DNA of 64,000 nucleotides. Source: Roseovarius sp. (GTDB lineage Bacteria; Pseudomonadota; Alphaproteobacteria; Rhodobacterales; Rhodobacteraceae). The notes below the pieces were generated by a model. That model saw nothing but the letters and a program-made list of their open reading frames with translations. It had not been told where the DNA came from and searched no databases. The DNA is taken from NCBI GenBank assembly GCA_965656855.1, contig CBFHML010000097.1, positions 31,250-95,249 of the forward strand. Direction: 5' to 3'. Made by a program: the position numbers and the translations under genes. Of this stretch, positions 39,030 to 48,533 are shown piece by piece (position 1 is the stretch's first letter; each line of letters starts with the position of its first letter).

Positions 39030-40040
39030 GTGAGACTAGCGCAGTCCTACGTCATGCGGCTGCGCCGCAAGCGCTATCAGGTGCGTGCCTTTCGCAAGCA
39101 TTTTTCGCTTAAATCGGTGGTGAACAGGACTGCCAAGATCCGGGATGGAGATATCCTGTTGTTTTCCACCCTGCGTGACGAGTTCGTCAGGCTGCCGTAT
39201 TTCCTGCACTACTACAGAAATTTGGGCGTCTCGCATTTCATCATTGTCGACAATGACAGCACAGATGGCAGCCGGGAATACCTTGCGGAACAGCCGGATG
39301 TGTCGGTCTGGACCACCAAGGGCAGCTACAAGCGGGCCAAGTTCGGGATTGACTGGCTGAACTGGTTGCAACGCAAATACGGGCACGGCCATTGGACGCT
39401 TGTCGTCGATCCGGACGAATTCTTTGTTTACCCATTTTGCGACACCCGCCCCATTCGGGCGCTGACAGATTGGCTCGATACCAGTCAGGTTCGGTCTTTT
39501 GGCGCGATGCTGTTGGATATGTATCCCAAGGGGCGGGTCGATGCGGTCCGTTATCAGCCGGGGCAGGACCCGCTTGAGGTCGCAAGCTGGTTCGATCCTG
39601 GAAATTATGTGATCGAGAAGAACAAGAAATACGGAAACCTCTGGATTCAGGGTGGCCCTCGCAGCCGTGTCTTTTTTACTGACAGGCCAAAGAAGGCCCC
39701 GGCGTTGAACAAGACCCCGCTTGTGCGATGGGACAGAAAATACACCTATATCAGCTCAACGCACATGCTTTTGCCGCGTGGTCTTAACCTGACTTATGAT
39801 GAGTGGGGTGGGGAAAAGGCGAGCGGCATCCTGCTTCACGCAAAGTTCCTCCACACTTTCGTCGAAAAGGCAGACGAAGAATTGACCCGTGGGCAGCACT
39901 ATGCCGGGAGTGTGGAATACAAGGCATATGCAGAGAACGCACGCGATAGCTCGGACCTTTGGTGCAAGTGGTCTGAGAAGTATATAAACTGGCGGCAGCT
40001 TGAGATACTTGGGCTGATGTCCAAGGGCAACTGGGCGTGA
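39030..40040 (+). CDS. GT-A fold glycosyltransferase (family 2-like), paralogue 2
   Basis: FIIVDNDSTDGS, VDPDE, and the same C-terminus LGLMSKGNW as paralogue 1. Start is the GTG at 39030, or the ATG at 39054. Confidence 0.7.
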   Translation: MRLAQSYVMRLRRKRYQVRAFRKHFSLKSVVNRTAKIRDGDILLFSTLRDEFVRLPYFLHYYRNLGVSHFIIVDNDSTDGSREYLAEQPDVSVWTTKGSYKRAKFGIDWLNWLQRKYGHGHWTLVVDPDEFFVYPFCDTRPIRALTDWLDTSQVRSFGAMLLDMYPKGRVDAVRYQPGQDPLEVASWFDPGNYVIEKNKKYGNLWIQGGPRSRVFFTDRPKKAPALNKTPLVRWDRKYTYISSTHMLLPRGLNLTYDEWGGEKASGILLHAKFLHTFVEKADEELTRGQHYAGSVEYKAYAENARDSSDLWCKWSEKYINWRQLEILGLMSKGNWA

Positions 40041-40053
40041 GAAGGGGTAAAAC

Positions 40054-41754
40054 GTGAGTGTCGGCATTGTCATGCTGGTCCATACAGCGTTCGGAAGAGC
40101 CGAGCAGGTAGCGCGCCATTGGTCAGCTGCCGGTTGTCCTATCGTCATTCACGCCGACAAAAGCGTCCCCAAGAAAACCTACCAAGATTTCGTGAGCGCG
40201 TTGTCGGATTTGCCCGATGTGCGATTTTCCCGGCGCCATCGGTGCGAATGGGGAACTTGGGGGCTGGTTGCCGCGACACAGGCCGCCTGTCGGACGATGC
40301 TGAATGAATTCAAGGATGTCCGGCATGTCTATCTTGCCTCGGGATCCTGTCTGCCATTGCGGCCTGTTGAGGAGCTAATCGACTATCTTGCCGAGCGTCC
40401 TCATACTGATTTTATCGAATCTGCGACTACGGCGGATGTGCCTTGGACGATCGGCGGTCTCGATCACGAGCGGTTCACCCTGCGGTTTCCTTTTTCATGG
40501 CGCAAAAACCGGTTCCTTTTCGACAAATACGTCGCACTCCAACGTAAGATCGGATACCGGCGCCGGATCCCCAATGGCATCGTCCCGCATATGGGCAGCC
40601 AATGGTGGTGTCTGACCCGTCAAACCCTGTCGGCCATTCTCGAAGACCCGGATCGTGCGGTATATGACACTTACTTCCGCAAGGTCTGGATCCCGGATGA
40701 AAGCTATTTTCAGACGCTGTCCCGATTGTATTCGCGCCAGATCGAAAGCCGATCGCTGACGCTGTCGAAGTTCGATTATCAGGGCAAGCCACACATCTTT
40801 TACGATGATCACCTGCAGCTTTTGCGCAGATCCGATTGCTTTGTCGCGCGCAAGAGCTGGCCGTTTGCCGACAAACTTTACGATGCCTTTCTGACTGATG
40901 CCGCGGGTGCCATGAAACGTACCGAGCCTAATCCCGGCAAGATCGACCGTATCTTTGCCAAGGCGGTCGAGCGGCGGATGCGCGGTCGTCCGGGCCTATA
41001 TATGCAAAGCCGGTTTCCGGTCGAAGGCCGTGAAAACGCCATGACATGCGCGCAATACTCGGTTTTTGAGGGATTCAGCGATCTTTTCGAGAATTTTGAG
41101 CCATGGCTGGCGCGCGTGACCGGCACGCGGGTACATGGCCATCTTTTTGCGCCTGAACGCGTTGAATTCTCTGAGGGGCAGCGCTTGATGAATGGGGCGC
41201 TCAGCGATCATGCAACCTTGCGTGATTATAATTCCAAGGCGTTTCTTTCCAGCCTGATCTGGAACACGCGCGGCGAGCGCCAGTGCTTTCAGGTTGGTCC
41301 GCGCGATACGATCAAGGAAATCGAATGGGACATCGCCAAGGATTCGAATGCGCAGATTTCGGTCATTTCAGGGGCTTGGGCCGTGCCGCTTTTCAAGTCC
41401 AACCTGAATTTCTCGGAGATACGGCAAGAGGCGGCCCGCCTGCAACAAATCGAAAGCAAACATCTTGATGTTCTGCGCTCGCCTTGGGCGACTGCGCGGA
41501 TACGGATTTGGACAATGGCAGAGTTTATCGAGGCACCGATGGAACCCTTGCAGACCATCATCGACGAGATCGGCAAGCAAAGCGTGCATGGACTGGCAGA
41601 GGTGCCGAAGATGGCGGATCTCACCGGGTTTGGTCAGTTCCTGCAGAATTTGAAAAATCAGGGTATGCATCCCTACCTGATGGGAGATTTCCCTGTCGAG
41701 CATCGTTTGCACGAGCCTGAGCGCGGCAAACGCAAGCCGTACCTGGTCCGGTAG
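40054..41754 (+). CDS. Branch/GT14-like (core-2/I-branching type) glycosyltransferase with a C-terminal domain of unknown function
   Basis: The N-terminal 230 aa fit the Branch-family pattern (IVMLVH......, YLASGSCLPLRP, GSQWWCLTR, PDESYFQT). The C-terminal roughly 300 aa are unassigned. Confidence 0.6.
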   Translation: MSVGIVMLVHTAFGRAEQVARHWSAAGCPIVIHADKSVPKKTYQDFVSALSDLPDVRFSRRHRCEWGTWGLVAATQAACRTMLNEFKDVRHVYLASGSCLPLRPVEELIDYLAERPHTDFIESATTADVPWTIGGLDHERFTLRFPFSWRKNRFLFDKYVALQRKIGYRRRIPNGIVPHMGSQWWCLTRQTLSAILEDPDRAVYDTYFRKVWIPDESYFQTLSRLYSRQIESRSLTLSKFDYQGKPHIFYDDHLQLLRRSDCFVARKSWPFADKLYDAFLTDAAGAMKRTEPNPGKIDRIFAKAVERRMRGRPGLYMQSRFPVEGRENAMTCAQYSVFEGFSDLFENFEPWLARVTGTRVHGHLFAPERVEFSEGQRLMNGALSDHATLRDYNSKAFLSSLIWNTRGERQCFQVGPRDTIKEIEWDIAKDSNAQISVISGAWAVPLFKSNLNFSEIRQEAARLQQIESKHLDVLRSPWATARIRIWTMAEFIEAPMEPLQTIIDEIGKQSVHGLAEVPKMADLTGFGQFLQNLKNQGMHPYLMGDFPVEHRLHEPERGKRKPYLVR

Positions 41755-41760
41755 AACGTG

Positions 41761-43194
41761 ATGGCAAAGCCTTTTGATTATTTCGTTGTTTATGCCGAAA
41801 TGCGGACCGGGTCCAATTTTCTTGAGTCCAATATCAATGCGTTCAATGATCTTGAATGCTATGGTGAGGCGTTCAATCCGCATTTCATCGGCTATCCTAA
41901 CGCAACGGACATTGCCGGGATCAGCCAAGCGGTGCGGGACACGCATCCCGCCAGCCTGATCGCGGCGATCAAGGACAAAACAGCCGGTCTGGGCGGGTTT
42001 CGCTTTTTCAATGACCATGATCCGCGCGTGCTTGATATGACGCTGGACGATCCGCGTTGCGCCAAGATTATTCTGACCCGCAATCCGATCGAAAGCTATG
42101 TTTCGTGGAAGATCGCCAAGGCAACCGGCCAATGGAAGCTGACGAACGTCAAGCGGCGCAAGCCGGGTACGATGGCGTTCGACACACTGGAGTTCGAGCG
42201 GCATGTGGCGCGCTTGCAGGAATTTCAGGTCATGTTGCTCAATCGGCTGCAGAAATCGGGGCAAACTGCCTTTTATATCGCCTACGAAGATCTTCAGGAT
42301 CTGGATGTCATCAACGGGTTGGCGCGGTTTTTGGGCAGTTCAGAGGTGTTGGAGTCTCTTGATCAATCCCTGAAAAAACAGAACCCCAGTCCTTTGTCGG
42401 ACAAGGTAGAGAATTTTGATGAGATGGTGCACGCTCTTGCCGGGGTCGACGCGTTCAATCTGACCCGGACCCCCAATTTTGAGCCACGTCGGGGGGCAGC
42501 TGCGCCCAGTTTCGTCACTGCTGCGAAAGCGCCATTGCTTTACATGCCGATCCGGTCCGGACCGCAGGCCCGCGTCATGGCCTGGATGGCCGCGCTCGAC
42601 GGTGTCGATGTTGGGGACCTGCCCACAAGCATGAATCAAAAGACCCTGCGACAATGGAAACGCCGTCATCCGGGACATCGCAGTTTTACTGTCCTGCGCC
42701 ACCCGGTCGCGCGGGCGCATACCGCATTTTGCGAAAAGATCCTGCAGACAGGACCGGGGTCTTATGCGGATATCCGCAAGACTATGCGGAATTTTTACAA
42801 GGTGCCCCTGCCGGGTCAGTTCCCCGACAAGGACTATGGGACCGAGGCCCATAGCGCTGCGTTCAAGGCATTTCTTGCTTTTTTACAGGCGAACCTGTCC
42901 GGTCAGACAAATATTCGGATCGACCCGCACTGGGCAAGTCAGGCCAGTGTGCTGCAAGGGATATCCGACTTTGCGCCGCCTGATCTGATCCTGCGCGAAG
43001 AGGAACTGACCGCACGCCTGCCGGATCTGGCGAGCATGGTTGGCGTCACATCTGTTGTCGCGCCGCAGGATGCAGGCCCGAACGATGCCATGCCGTTGCC
43101 GGATATCTATGACAAAGAGATCGAGGATCTAGCGCAAAAAGCCTACCAGCGCGATTACCTGCTATTCGGCTTTGGAGCGTATGGAGAGGTGTGA
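41761..43194 (+). CDS. two-domain sulfotransferase-like protein (NodH-like N-half, Sulfotransfer-like C-half)
   Basis: The N-half has a PAPS 5'-phosphosulfate-binding-loop-like motif, YAEMRTGSNFLE. The C-half reads FTVLRHPVARAHTAF, typical of sulfotransferase families. Confidence 0.6.
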   Translation: MAKPFDYFVVYAEMRTGSNFLESNINAFNDLECYGEAFNPHFIGYPNATDIAGISQAVRDTHPASLIAAIKDKTAGLGGFRFFNDHDPRVLDMTLDDPRCAKIILTRNPIESYVSWKIAKATGQWKLTNVKRRKPGTMAFDTLEFERHVARLQEFQVMLLNRLQKSGQTAFYIAYEDLQDLDVINGLARFLGSSEVLESLDQSLKKQNPSPLSDKVENFDEMVHALAGVDAFNLTRTPNFEPRRGAAAPSFVTAAKAPLLYMPIRSGPQARVMAWMAALDGVDVGDLPTSMNQKTLRQWKRRHPGHRSFTVLRHPVARAHTAFCEKILQTGPGSYADIRKTMRNFYKVPLPGQFPDKDYGTEAHSAAFKAFLAFLQANLSGQTNIRIDPHWASQASVLQGISDFAPPDLILREEELTARLPDLASMVGVTSVVAPQDAGPNDAMPLPDIYDKEIEDLAQKAYQRDYLLFGFGAYGEV

Positions 43195-43211
43195 CACCAG
43201 GCGCCGGATTA

Positions 43212-43676
43212 TCAGGCAGCCTGTTGTGATTGCGCCTCTGTCACGATGGTGTAGAGCGTTGCAGGATCATTATTTGCGCGTAGTTTAGCGCAGACGGATA
43301 CGTCACGCAGTGTCCGGGATACCAGCGCAAGCGCCTTTAGGTGTTCTACCCCTGCATCCACTGGCGCGAAAAGTGCGAAGGCAAGGTCGACAGGCTGACG
43401 GTCAACCGCCGAGAAATCTATCGGCGTTTCCATCAACACAAGCGCCCCTGCCACTTCGCTGAGCCCTTCGAGTCGCGCATGAGGGAGGGCAACGCCATGG
43501 CCCACACCTGTGGGGCCAAGGCTTTCGCGATCCATGAGTGCCTCGATCGTGCGGTTCTGATCCAGTCCATAAACAGATTCCGCAATCGCGCCCAACTCGT
43601 GAAACAAGCGCTTTTTGCTTGAAATCGAAGAGTAAACGCGGACGGCACCCGGTTTGAGGATCTTTGTAAAGTTCAT
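43212..43676 (-). CDS. ptsN: PTS IIA-like nitrogen regulatory protein PtsN (EIIA-Ntr)
   Basis: Phosphorylatable His motif GVGHGVALPHAR, located downstream of hpf. Start trimmed to MNFTKIL. Confidence 0.8.
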   Translation of the reverse strand: MNFTKILKPGAVRVYSSISSKKRLFHELGAIAESVYGLDQNRTIEALMDRESLGPTGVGHGVALPHARLEGLSEVAGALVLMETPIDFSAVDRQPVDLAFALFAPVDAGVEHLKALALVSRTLRDVSVCAKLRANNDPATLYTIVTEAQSQQAA

Positions 43677-43722
43677 CAGAAATGTGCTCCGCACGTTGGG
43701 CTTGGGCACCTATGCCCGATTT

Positions 43723-44286
43723 TTAGGGGTCAATCCACCCGATGTTTCCATCATCGCGGCGATACACCACGTTCAGCCCTTCTTTGCCTTCGTTACGAAA
43801 CACCAAGACAGGTGCTCCCGCTAATTCCATCTGCATCACGGCCTCACCAACGGAAAGGGAGGGAATGTGCGTCTCCATCTCTGCCACGATAATCGGCTGA
43901 AGGCTCTCGGGCTCCGATTCTTCGCCATCTTTGTCAGAAGCGAGGATATAGGAGGATGCTTGCAAAAGTTCAACCGGCTCGGCGCGATGCCTGTGGTGGT
44001 CCTTCAGTCGGCGCTTATACCGGCGAAGTTGTTTTTCCATCTTTTCGCTGCAGCTATCGAAGGCGGCATAGATTTCATGTGAATGCGCTTTGGCCTGTGC
44101 TGTCAGACCGGTCGATAGATGCACCGTGGCCTCGCAGACGAACTCATTTGCGCTTTTGGAAAAAATCACATGTGCATCGGTTGGGCGCTCTGCGTATTTG
44201 TCGATCATCGTATTGAGCTCGGTCTCGACATGCGTCTGAAGCGCGCTTCCGACATCGATTTGTTTTCCACTGATCTGATAGCGCAT
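43723..44286 (-). CDS. hpf: ribosome hibernation promoting factor (long HPF)
   Basis: GGAGGA RBS. Starts MRYQISGKQIDVG.AL..HVE and has a C-terminal dimerisation domain (...VVYRRDDGNIGWIDP). Confidence 0.85.
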   Translation of the reverse strand: MRYQISGKQIDVGSALQTHVETELNTMIDKYAERPTDAHVIFSKSANEFVCEATVHLSTGLTAQAKAHSHEIYAAFDSCSEKMEKQLRRYKRRLKDHHRHRAEPVELLQASSYILASDKDGEESEPESLQPIIVAEMETHIPSLSVGEAVMQMELAGAPVLVFRNEGKEGLNVVYRRDDGNIGWIDP

Positions 44287-44451
44287 TCTGGTTCCTCCAA
44301 GTGACAAAGAGAGCGTGATCCCGCGCGATTGTCGGGCGGTGTTCAGCTCTTTTCAGGAAAATGACACGAAAAGTCTGTCTTGCTTGTGGCTTTCCAGCCA
44401 CCTTGGCGGTTGGAAAAGGACAGGACTATCACTGCTCGTGTCATACCTCGT

Positions 44452-44481
44452 ATTTGAGGCGCTTTGTGGGGCACTTGTCAA
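44452..44481 (-). promoter_or_regulatory. possible sigma-70-type promoter for hpf-ptsN
   Basis: The minus strand reads TTGACA-N18-TCAAAT inside the 247-bp lptB-hpf gap. Confidence 0.3.
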
Positions 44482-44533
44482 TGCAGATCGCGTGAAGGCT
44501 GTGTGAATGGCGTAGGGTCGACCGGTCACGGGA

Positions 44534-45292
44534 TCATGAGATGCGGAAATTATCACCGAGGTAAACCCGACGAACATTCTCGTTCGAGACAACCTCTTCG
44601 GGGCTGCCTGACATCAGAACCTTGCCGTCGTGCAGGATATAGGCGCGGTCCACGATTTCCAGTGTTTCGCGCACGTTGTGGTCGGTGATCAGCACGCCGA
44701 TACCACGTTTCTTGAGGTCAGATACCAGATGGCGGATATCCCCGACCGAAATTGGATCGACACCGGCAAAGGGTTCGTCCAGCAAGAGATACTTGGGATG
44801 CGCAGCCAGACAGCGTGCGATTTCGACACGCCGCCGCTCGCCACCAGAAAGCGCGAGAGCAGGCGCGCGACGCAGATGCTCGATCGAGAATTCCGACAGC
44901 AATTCTTCCAGTCGCTCACGCCTCTTATGGCGGTCGGACTGTGAAATATCGAGGATGGACATGATATTGTCCTCAACCGACATGCCACGAAAGATCGACA
45001 TTTCCTGTGGCAAATATCCGATGCCCAGCTTGGCGCGACGATACATCGGCAGGCCCGTAACCTCTCGGCCATCAATGCGAACGTGCCCGCCCTCGGGATA
45101 GATCAGGCCCGCTATGGCGTAGAAGCTTGTGGTTTTGCCGGACCCATTCGGACCCAAAAGTGCGACGACCTCTCCTTGCCGAAGTTGCAGAGACACATCG
45201 CGGATCACCACGCGTTTTTTGTAGCTCTTGCGCAGGTTTTCAACGACCAGACCTTCGCTTTCATGCGCAACGTGCAGTTCGGGGCGGGCCAT
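44534..45292 (-). CDS. lptB: LPS export ABC transporter ATP-binding protein LptB
   Basis: [17 protein letters not shown] and [11 protein letters not shown], downstream of lptA. Confidence 0.9.
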   Translation of the reverse strand: MARPELHVAHESEGLVVENLRKSYKKRVVIRDVSLQLRQGEVVALLGPNGSGKTTSFYAIAGLIYPEGGHVRIDGREVTGLPMYRRAKLGIGYLPQEMSIFRGMSVEDNIMSILDISQSDRHKRRERLEELLSEFSIEHLRRAPALALSGGERRRVEIARCLAAHPKYLLLDEPFAGVDPISVGDIRHLVSDLKKRGIGVLITDHNVRETLEIVDRAYILHDGKVLMSGSPEEVVSNENVRRVYLGDNFRIS

Positions 45293-45295
45293 GCT

Positions 45296-45787
45296 TTATT
45301 CTTCCTGCGGCCGCAGGATCGTCTTTACCCCGCCGGTAACGCGGGCTGTCCCTGCCCGGGTGTCCACGAACATCTTGTCACCGGTCAGCGCATTGACGCC
45401 TTGCAGCAAGAGCACTTCGCCTTCCATCTCGATCAGACCGCTGTCGATGTCGTAATCTGCTGTGCTTGCCTCTGCGGCATCCTCCCCGCTGACAAGCGTG
45501 ACACCGCCAGATGCACGAAGCTCTTGGATGCCACTTTGGTCATCTTTGTAAACCACGAGAACCCGAGGCGCAGACAGGCGCATCTCTCCCTGACCGATGA
45601 GGACATTGCCGGTAAAGACCGCGGTGCCGCTGGTTTGGTCAACGTCGAGATTGTCGGCTGTCACTTCGACCGGCAAGCGGCTATCTTGCTCTGTGTTGCC
45701 AAAGGCCACTTGCGCGCCTTGGGCAAGAACCGGGCTGGACAGACCCATGAAAAGCAGGCCGATAATAGTGTGTTGGATGAAATTCAC
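45296..45787 (-). CDS. lptA: LPS transport periplasmic protein LptA (OstA-like)
   Basis: Signal peptide, OstA-N beta-jellyroll pattern (...AD.L.VDQ..G.A.F.GNV...QGE..L), and position between lptC and lptB. Confidence 0.75.
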   Translation of the reverse strand: MNFIQHTIIGLLFMGLSSPVLAQGAQVAFGNTEQDSRLPVEVTADNLDVDQTSGTAVFTGNVLIGQGEMRLSAPRVLVVYKDDQSGIQELRASGGVTLVSGEDAAEASTADYDIDSGLIEMEGEVLLLQGVNALTGDKMFVDTRAGTARVTGGVKTILRPQEE

Positions 45788-45792
45788 GGGGT

Positions 45793-46407
45793 TTATTCCT
45801 CAACAATCTGTCGCGTGTATACCAGTTTGACCCCATCGGTAAAAAGCAAATGTGCGTCCCCGGTTTCCTCGTTGCCCTGAAGCACCATCCGACCTGCCGT
45901 CAGGATACCCGGCGGTCCGGTGCCTTTCACGGCGCCCGGCGTTTCGGCGTATAGTGCATCCAGCTTTGCCTCAAGCCGGGCCGTGCGAAGATCGTAGCCG
46001 GTTGTCGTGACGATGTGCACATCGCCAGTGAGCGTGGCGGTATAATCGTTCTGATGCAGATCCGCCTGATTTGAAACAACATCGATGCGGGCGCCTGACT
46101 GAAGCATGATTTCGGCTGTTACGTCTTCGGCTTCGATCAGACGGGGGTCGCTGCGATTGGGGCGTGCTGTCACTGCGACGAAGGCGATTTGATCGCCACC
46201 AGATGTCATCCCGGCAAAGGTGGCATTGGTCGCACCCTGATCCTGAGCCCGCTGAGCAAGATCGATCTCTCCTACAGGGACGGCCTTGGTGGGGTCGATG
46301 CTGCGGGAGATGAGAAAGAGTGTGGACAGAAGGCCAAGCGCAGCAAGTGGCAGGACGATCTTCATCCATGCAACCAGTCGCGAGTAGAAGTTATCCTGTC
46401 CAAACAT
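45793..46407 (-). CDS. lptC: LPS export system protein LptC
   Basis: N-terminal TM anchor (VAWMKIVLPLAALGLLSTLFLI), correct size and position upstream of lptA. Start trimmed to the ATG at 46407. Confidence 0.65.
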   Translation of the reverse strand: MFGQDNFYSRLVAWMKIVLPLAALGLLSTLFLISRSIDPTKAVPVGEIDLAQRAQDQGATNATFAGMTSGGDQIAFVAVTARPNRSDPRLIEAEDVTAEIMLQSGARIDVVSNQADLHQNDYTATLTGDVHIVTTTGYDLRTARLEAKLDALYAETPGAVKGTGPPGILTAGRMVLQGNEETGDAHLLFTDGVKLVYTRQIVEE

Positions 46408-46409
46408 AC

Positions 46410-47021
46410 CTAGTGAGAAAAGATGTCGAGTTCCGGCCAACCGGCAAGATCAAGCTGGGCGCGCGTGGGCAGGAAATCAAAACAGGCCTTTGCCAGATCG
46501 ATCCGGTCCTCGCGGACAAGCCGCGTATTCAGTTCCTCGCGCAGGCGGTGCAAATACAGTACATCCGACGCCGCATAATCAAGCTGCGCATCGCTCAGCT
46601 TGGATGCGCCCCAATCACTGCTTTGCTGTTGTTTGGAAATGTCGACATTGAGCAATTCCTGAAGCAGGTAGCGCAGACCGTGACGGTCGGTGTAGGTGCG
46701 GATCAGCTTGCTTGCGATTTTGGTGCAGTAGACAGGGGCGGCCAGTGCCCCAAAGGCATTATACATGGCTGCGATATCGAACCGCCCGAAATGAAAGAGC
46801 TTGAGAACATCCGGGTTTGTCAAAAGCTTTTCGAGATTCGGCGCAGAGGTCTGGCCCTTGCCGATCTGAACGAGATGCGCATTGCCGTCTCCACCCGACA
46901 GTTGCACAACGCAAAGCCTGTCACGGTGCGGATTGAGGCCCATCGTTTCGCAATCGATGGCGACAATGGGCCCAAGATCCAGGTCGTCGGGCAGATCGTT
47001 TTGATAAAGATGGTTTGTCAT
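46410..47021 (-). CDS. RNase D-like 3'-5' exonuclease (DEDD family, short form)
   Basis: Trimmed to MTNHLYQNDLP. Motifs IAIDCETMGL, HFGRFD and YAASDVLYL. Confidence 0.8.
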   Translation of the reverse strand: MTNHLYQNDLPDDLDLGPIVAIDCETMGLNPHRDRLCVVQLSGGDGNAHLVQIGKGQTSAPNLEKLLTNPDVLKLFHFGRFDIAAMYNAFGALAAPVYCTKIASKLIRTYTDRHGLRYLLQELLNVDISKQQQSSDWGASKLSDAQLDYAASDVLYLHRLREELNTRLVREDRIDLAKACFDFLPTRAQLDLAGWPELDIFSH

Positions 47022-47315
47022 GGCGCTTTTCCGTTTTCCGGCCCGGCATCCCAGGCCCTTTCTTGTCGCGTTTCTATCCCGGAAAAGGCGTTTTCCAGCA
47101 AAGCCCGCGCAACAGAGCCAAGCAGCCAACGCCCTGCTGATATGGTTCTGCTGTACCTAGAGTTTGGCGAACATGCTCGTCAAGTAAGACGTGACGCCCC
47201 GCTTGTAGAATCGGGACCCATGACTTGGCCCTGAGGTCGAACTGCAAACGCGTAATCTGTCGGACAGTAAGAACACTTTCCAGCGCACGGCGACCAATTG
47301 AGAGCTCGGGGGATT

Positions 47316-47401
47316 TGGTGCCCAGGAGAGGACTCGAACCTCCACGTCCTTGCGGACACTAGCACCTGAAGCTAGCGCGTCTACCATTCCGCCACCTGGG
47401 C
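47316..47401 (-). tRNA. tRNA-Leu (anticodon CAG), class II with long variable arm, CCA encoded
   Basis: The reverse complement GCCCAGGTGGCGGAATGGTAGACGCGCTAGCTTCAGGTGCTAGTGTCCGCAAGGACGTGGAGGTTCGAGTCCTCTCCTGGGCACCA folds as a cloverleaf. Anticodon loop TTCAGGT, T-loop GGTTCGAGTCC. Confidence 0.9.
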
Positions 47402-47552
47402 AGGTGTCGTGCCGGGCCATTTAGACCGCTGGCAGGCGGCTGTCAACGGCCATTCGCCTAACTTCACCAAGGTGGGCAAATCACCTTGTCCAAGCGCCAG
47501 ACGGGCGTTAGGTAGGAGGCTGTCCACTCAAGGCCTGAGGAGGCGTGCTTCT

Positions 47553-48533
47553 ATGCCGAAACTTGTCACCATTTACGGCGGATCCGGGTTTTTGGGGCGG
47601 TATATCGCTTGGCGCATGGCCAAAGCCGGTTGGCGTGTTCGCGTGGCGGTGCGGCGTCCCAACGAGGCCGTATTCGTACGCACCTACGGCAATGTGGGTC
47701 AGGTCGAGCCGGTTTTCTGCAACATCCGCGATGATGCCAGCGTCCAGTCGGTGTTGATGGGCGCGGACGCGGTGGTGAATTGCGTCGGCACATTCGACAT
47801 CCGAGGCAAGAATAACTTTCAGGCCATTCAGGCCGACGGGGCAGAGCGCGTTGCGCGTCTCGCCGCCAAAGAGGGCGTTGCGCGGATGGTCCAGATTTCG
47901 GCAATCGGTGCCGACAAGAAATCTGACAGTGTCTATGCCCAGACCAAAGCAAAGGGCGAAGACGCGGTGCTGTCGCACATGCCTGATGCTGTGATCTTGC
48001 GGCCCTCCGTGATTTTCGGGCCAGAAGATGAATTCTTCAATCGTTTCGCGGCTATGACGCGACTTGGCCCGGTCCTGCCTGTGGTCGGCGACAAGACAAA
48101 GTTTCAGCCGGTCTATGTAGACAATGTGGCCGAGGCCGCTGCCAAGGCTGTTACAGGTGAGGCAGAACCCGGCATTTATGAGCTTGGTGGCCCCGATGTG
48201 AACACTTTCCGCGAGCTTATGCAGGAGATGCTCAAGGTCATACGCCGTCGTCGGCTTATCCTGAACATCCCCTTCTGGGCGGCAAACTTGATGGCCTTTG
48301 GCATGGAGGCGCTTCAGATGGCGACATTCGGGCTCTTCAAGCCGCAGATCACCCGAGATCAGGTGCGAAGCCTGCGGACCGACAACATCGTGTCTGGTTC
48401 TGCCAAAGGGTTTTCCGACCTTGGGATCAAACCGGTCGCGACCGAGGCGGTTTTGCCCGATTATCTGTGGCGCTTTCGGTCTGGGGGCCAATATCAGGCC
48501 ATTCGGGATTCTGCTCGTAACTTGCGTCTTTAA
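47553..48533 (+). CDS. NAD(P)-binding NDUFA9-like / NmrA-like epimerase family protein
   Basis: GAGGAGG RBS. Rossmann motif [12 protein letters not shown]. Start trimmed from 47409. Confidence 0.8.
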   Translation: MPKLVTIYGGSGFLGRYIAWRMAKAGWRVRVAVRRPNEAVFVRTYGNVGQVEPVFCNIRDDASVQSVLMGADAVVNCVGTFDIRGKNNFQAIQADGAERVARLAAKEGVARMVQISAIGADKKSDSVYAQTKAKGEDAVLSHMPDAVILRPSVIFGPEDEFFNRFAAMTRLGPVLPVVGDKTKFQPVYVDNVAEAAAKAVTGEAEPGIYELGGPDVNTFRELMQEMLKVIRRRRLILNIPFWAANLMAFGMEALQMATFGLFKPQITRDQVRSLRTDNIVSGSAKGFSDLGIKPVATEAVLPDYLWRFRSGGQYQAIRDSARNLRL

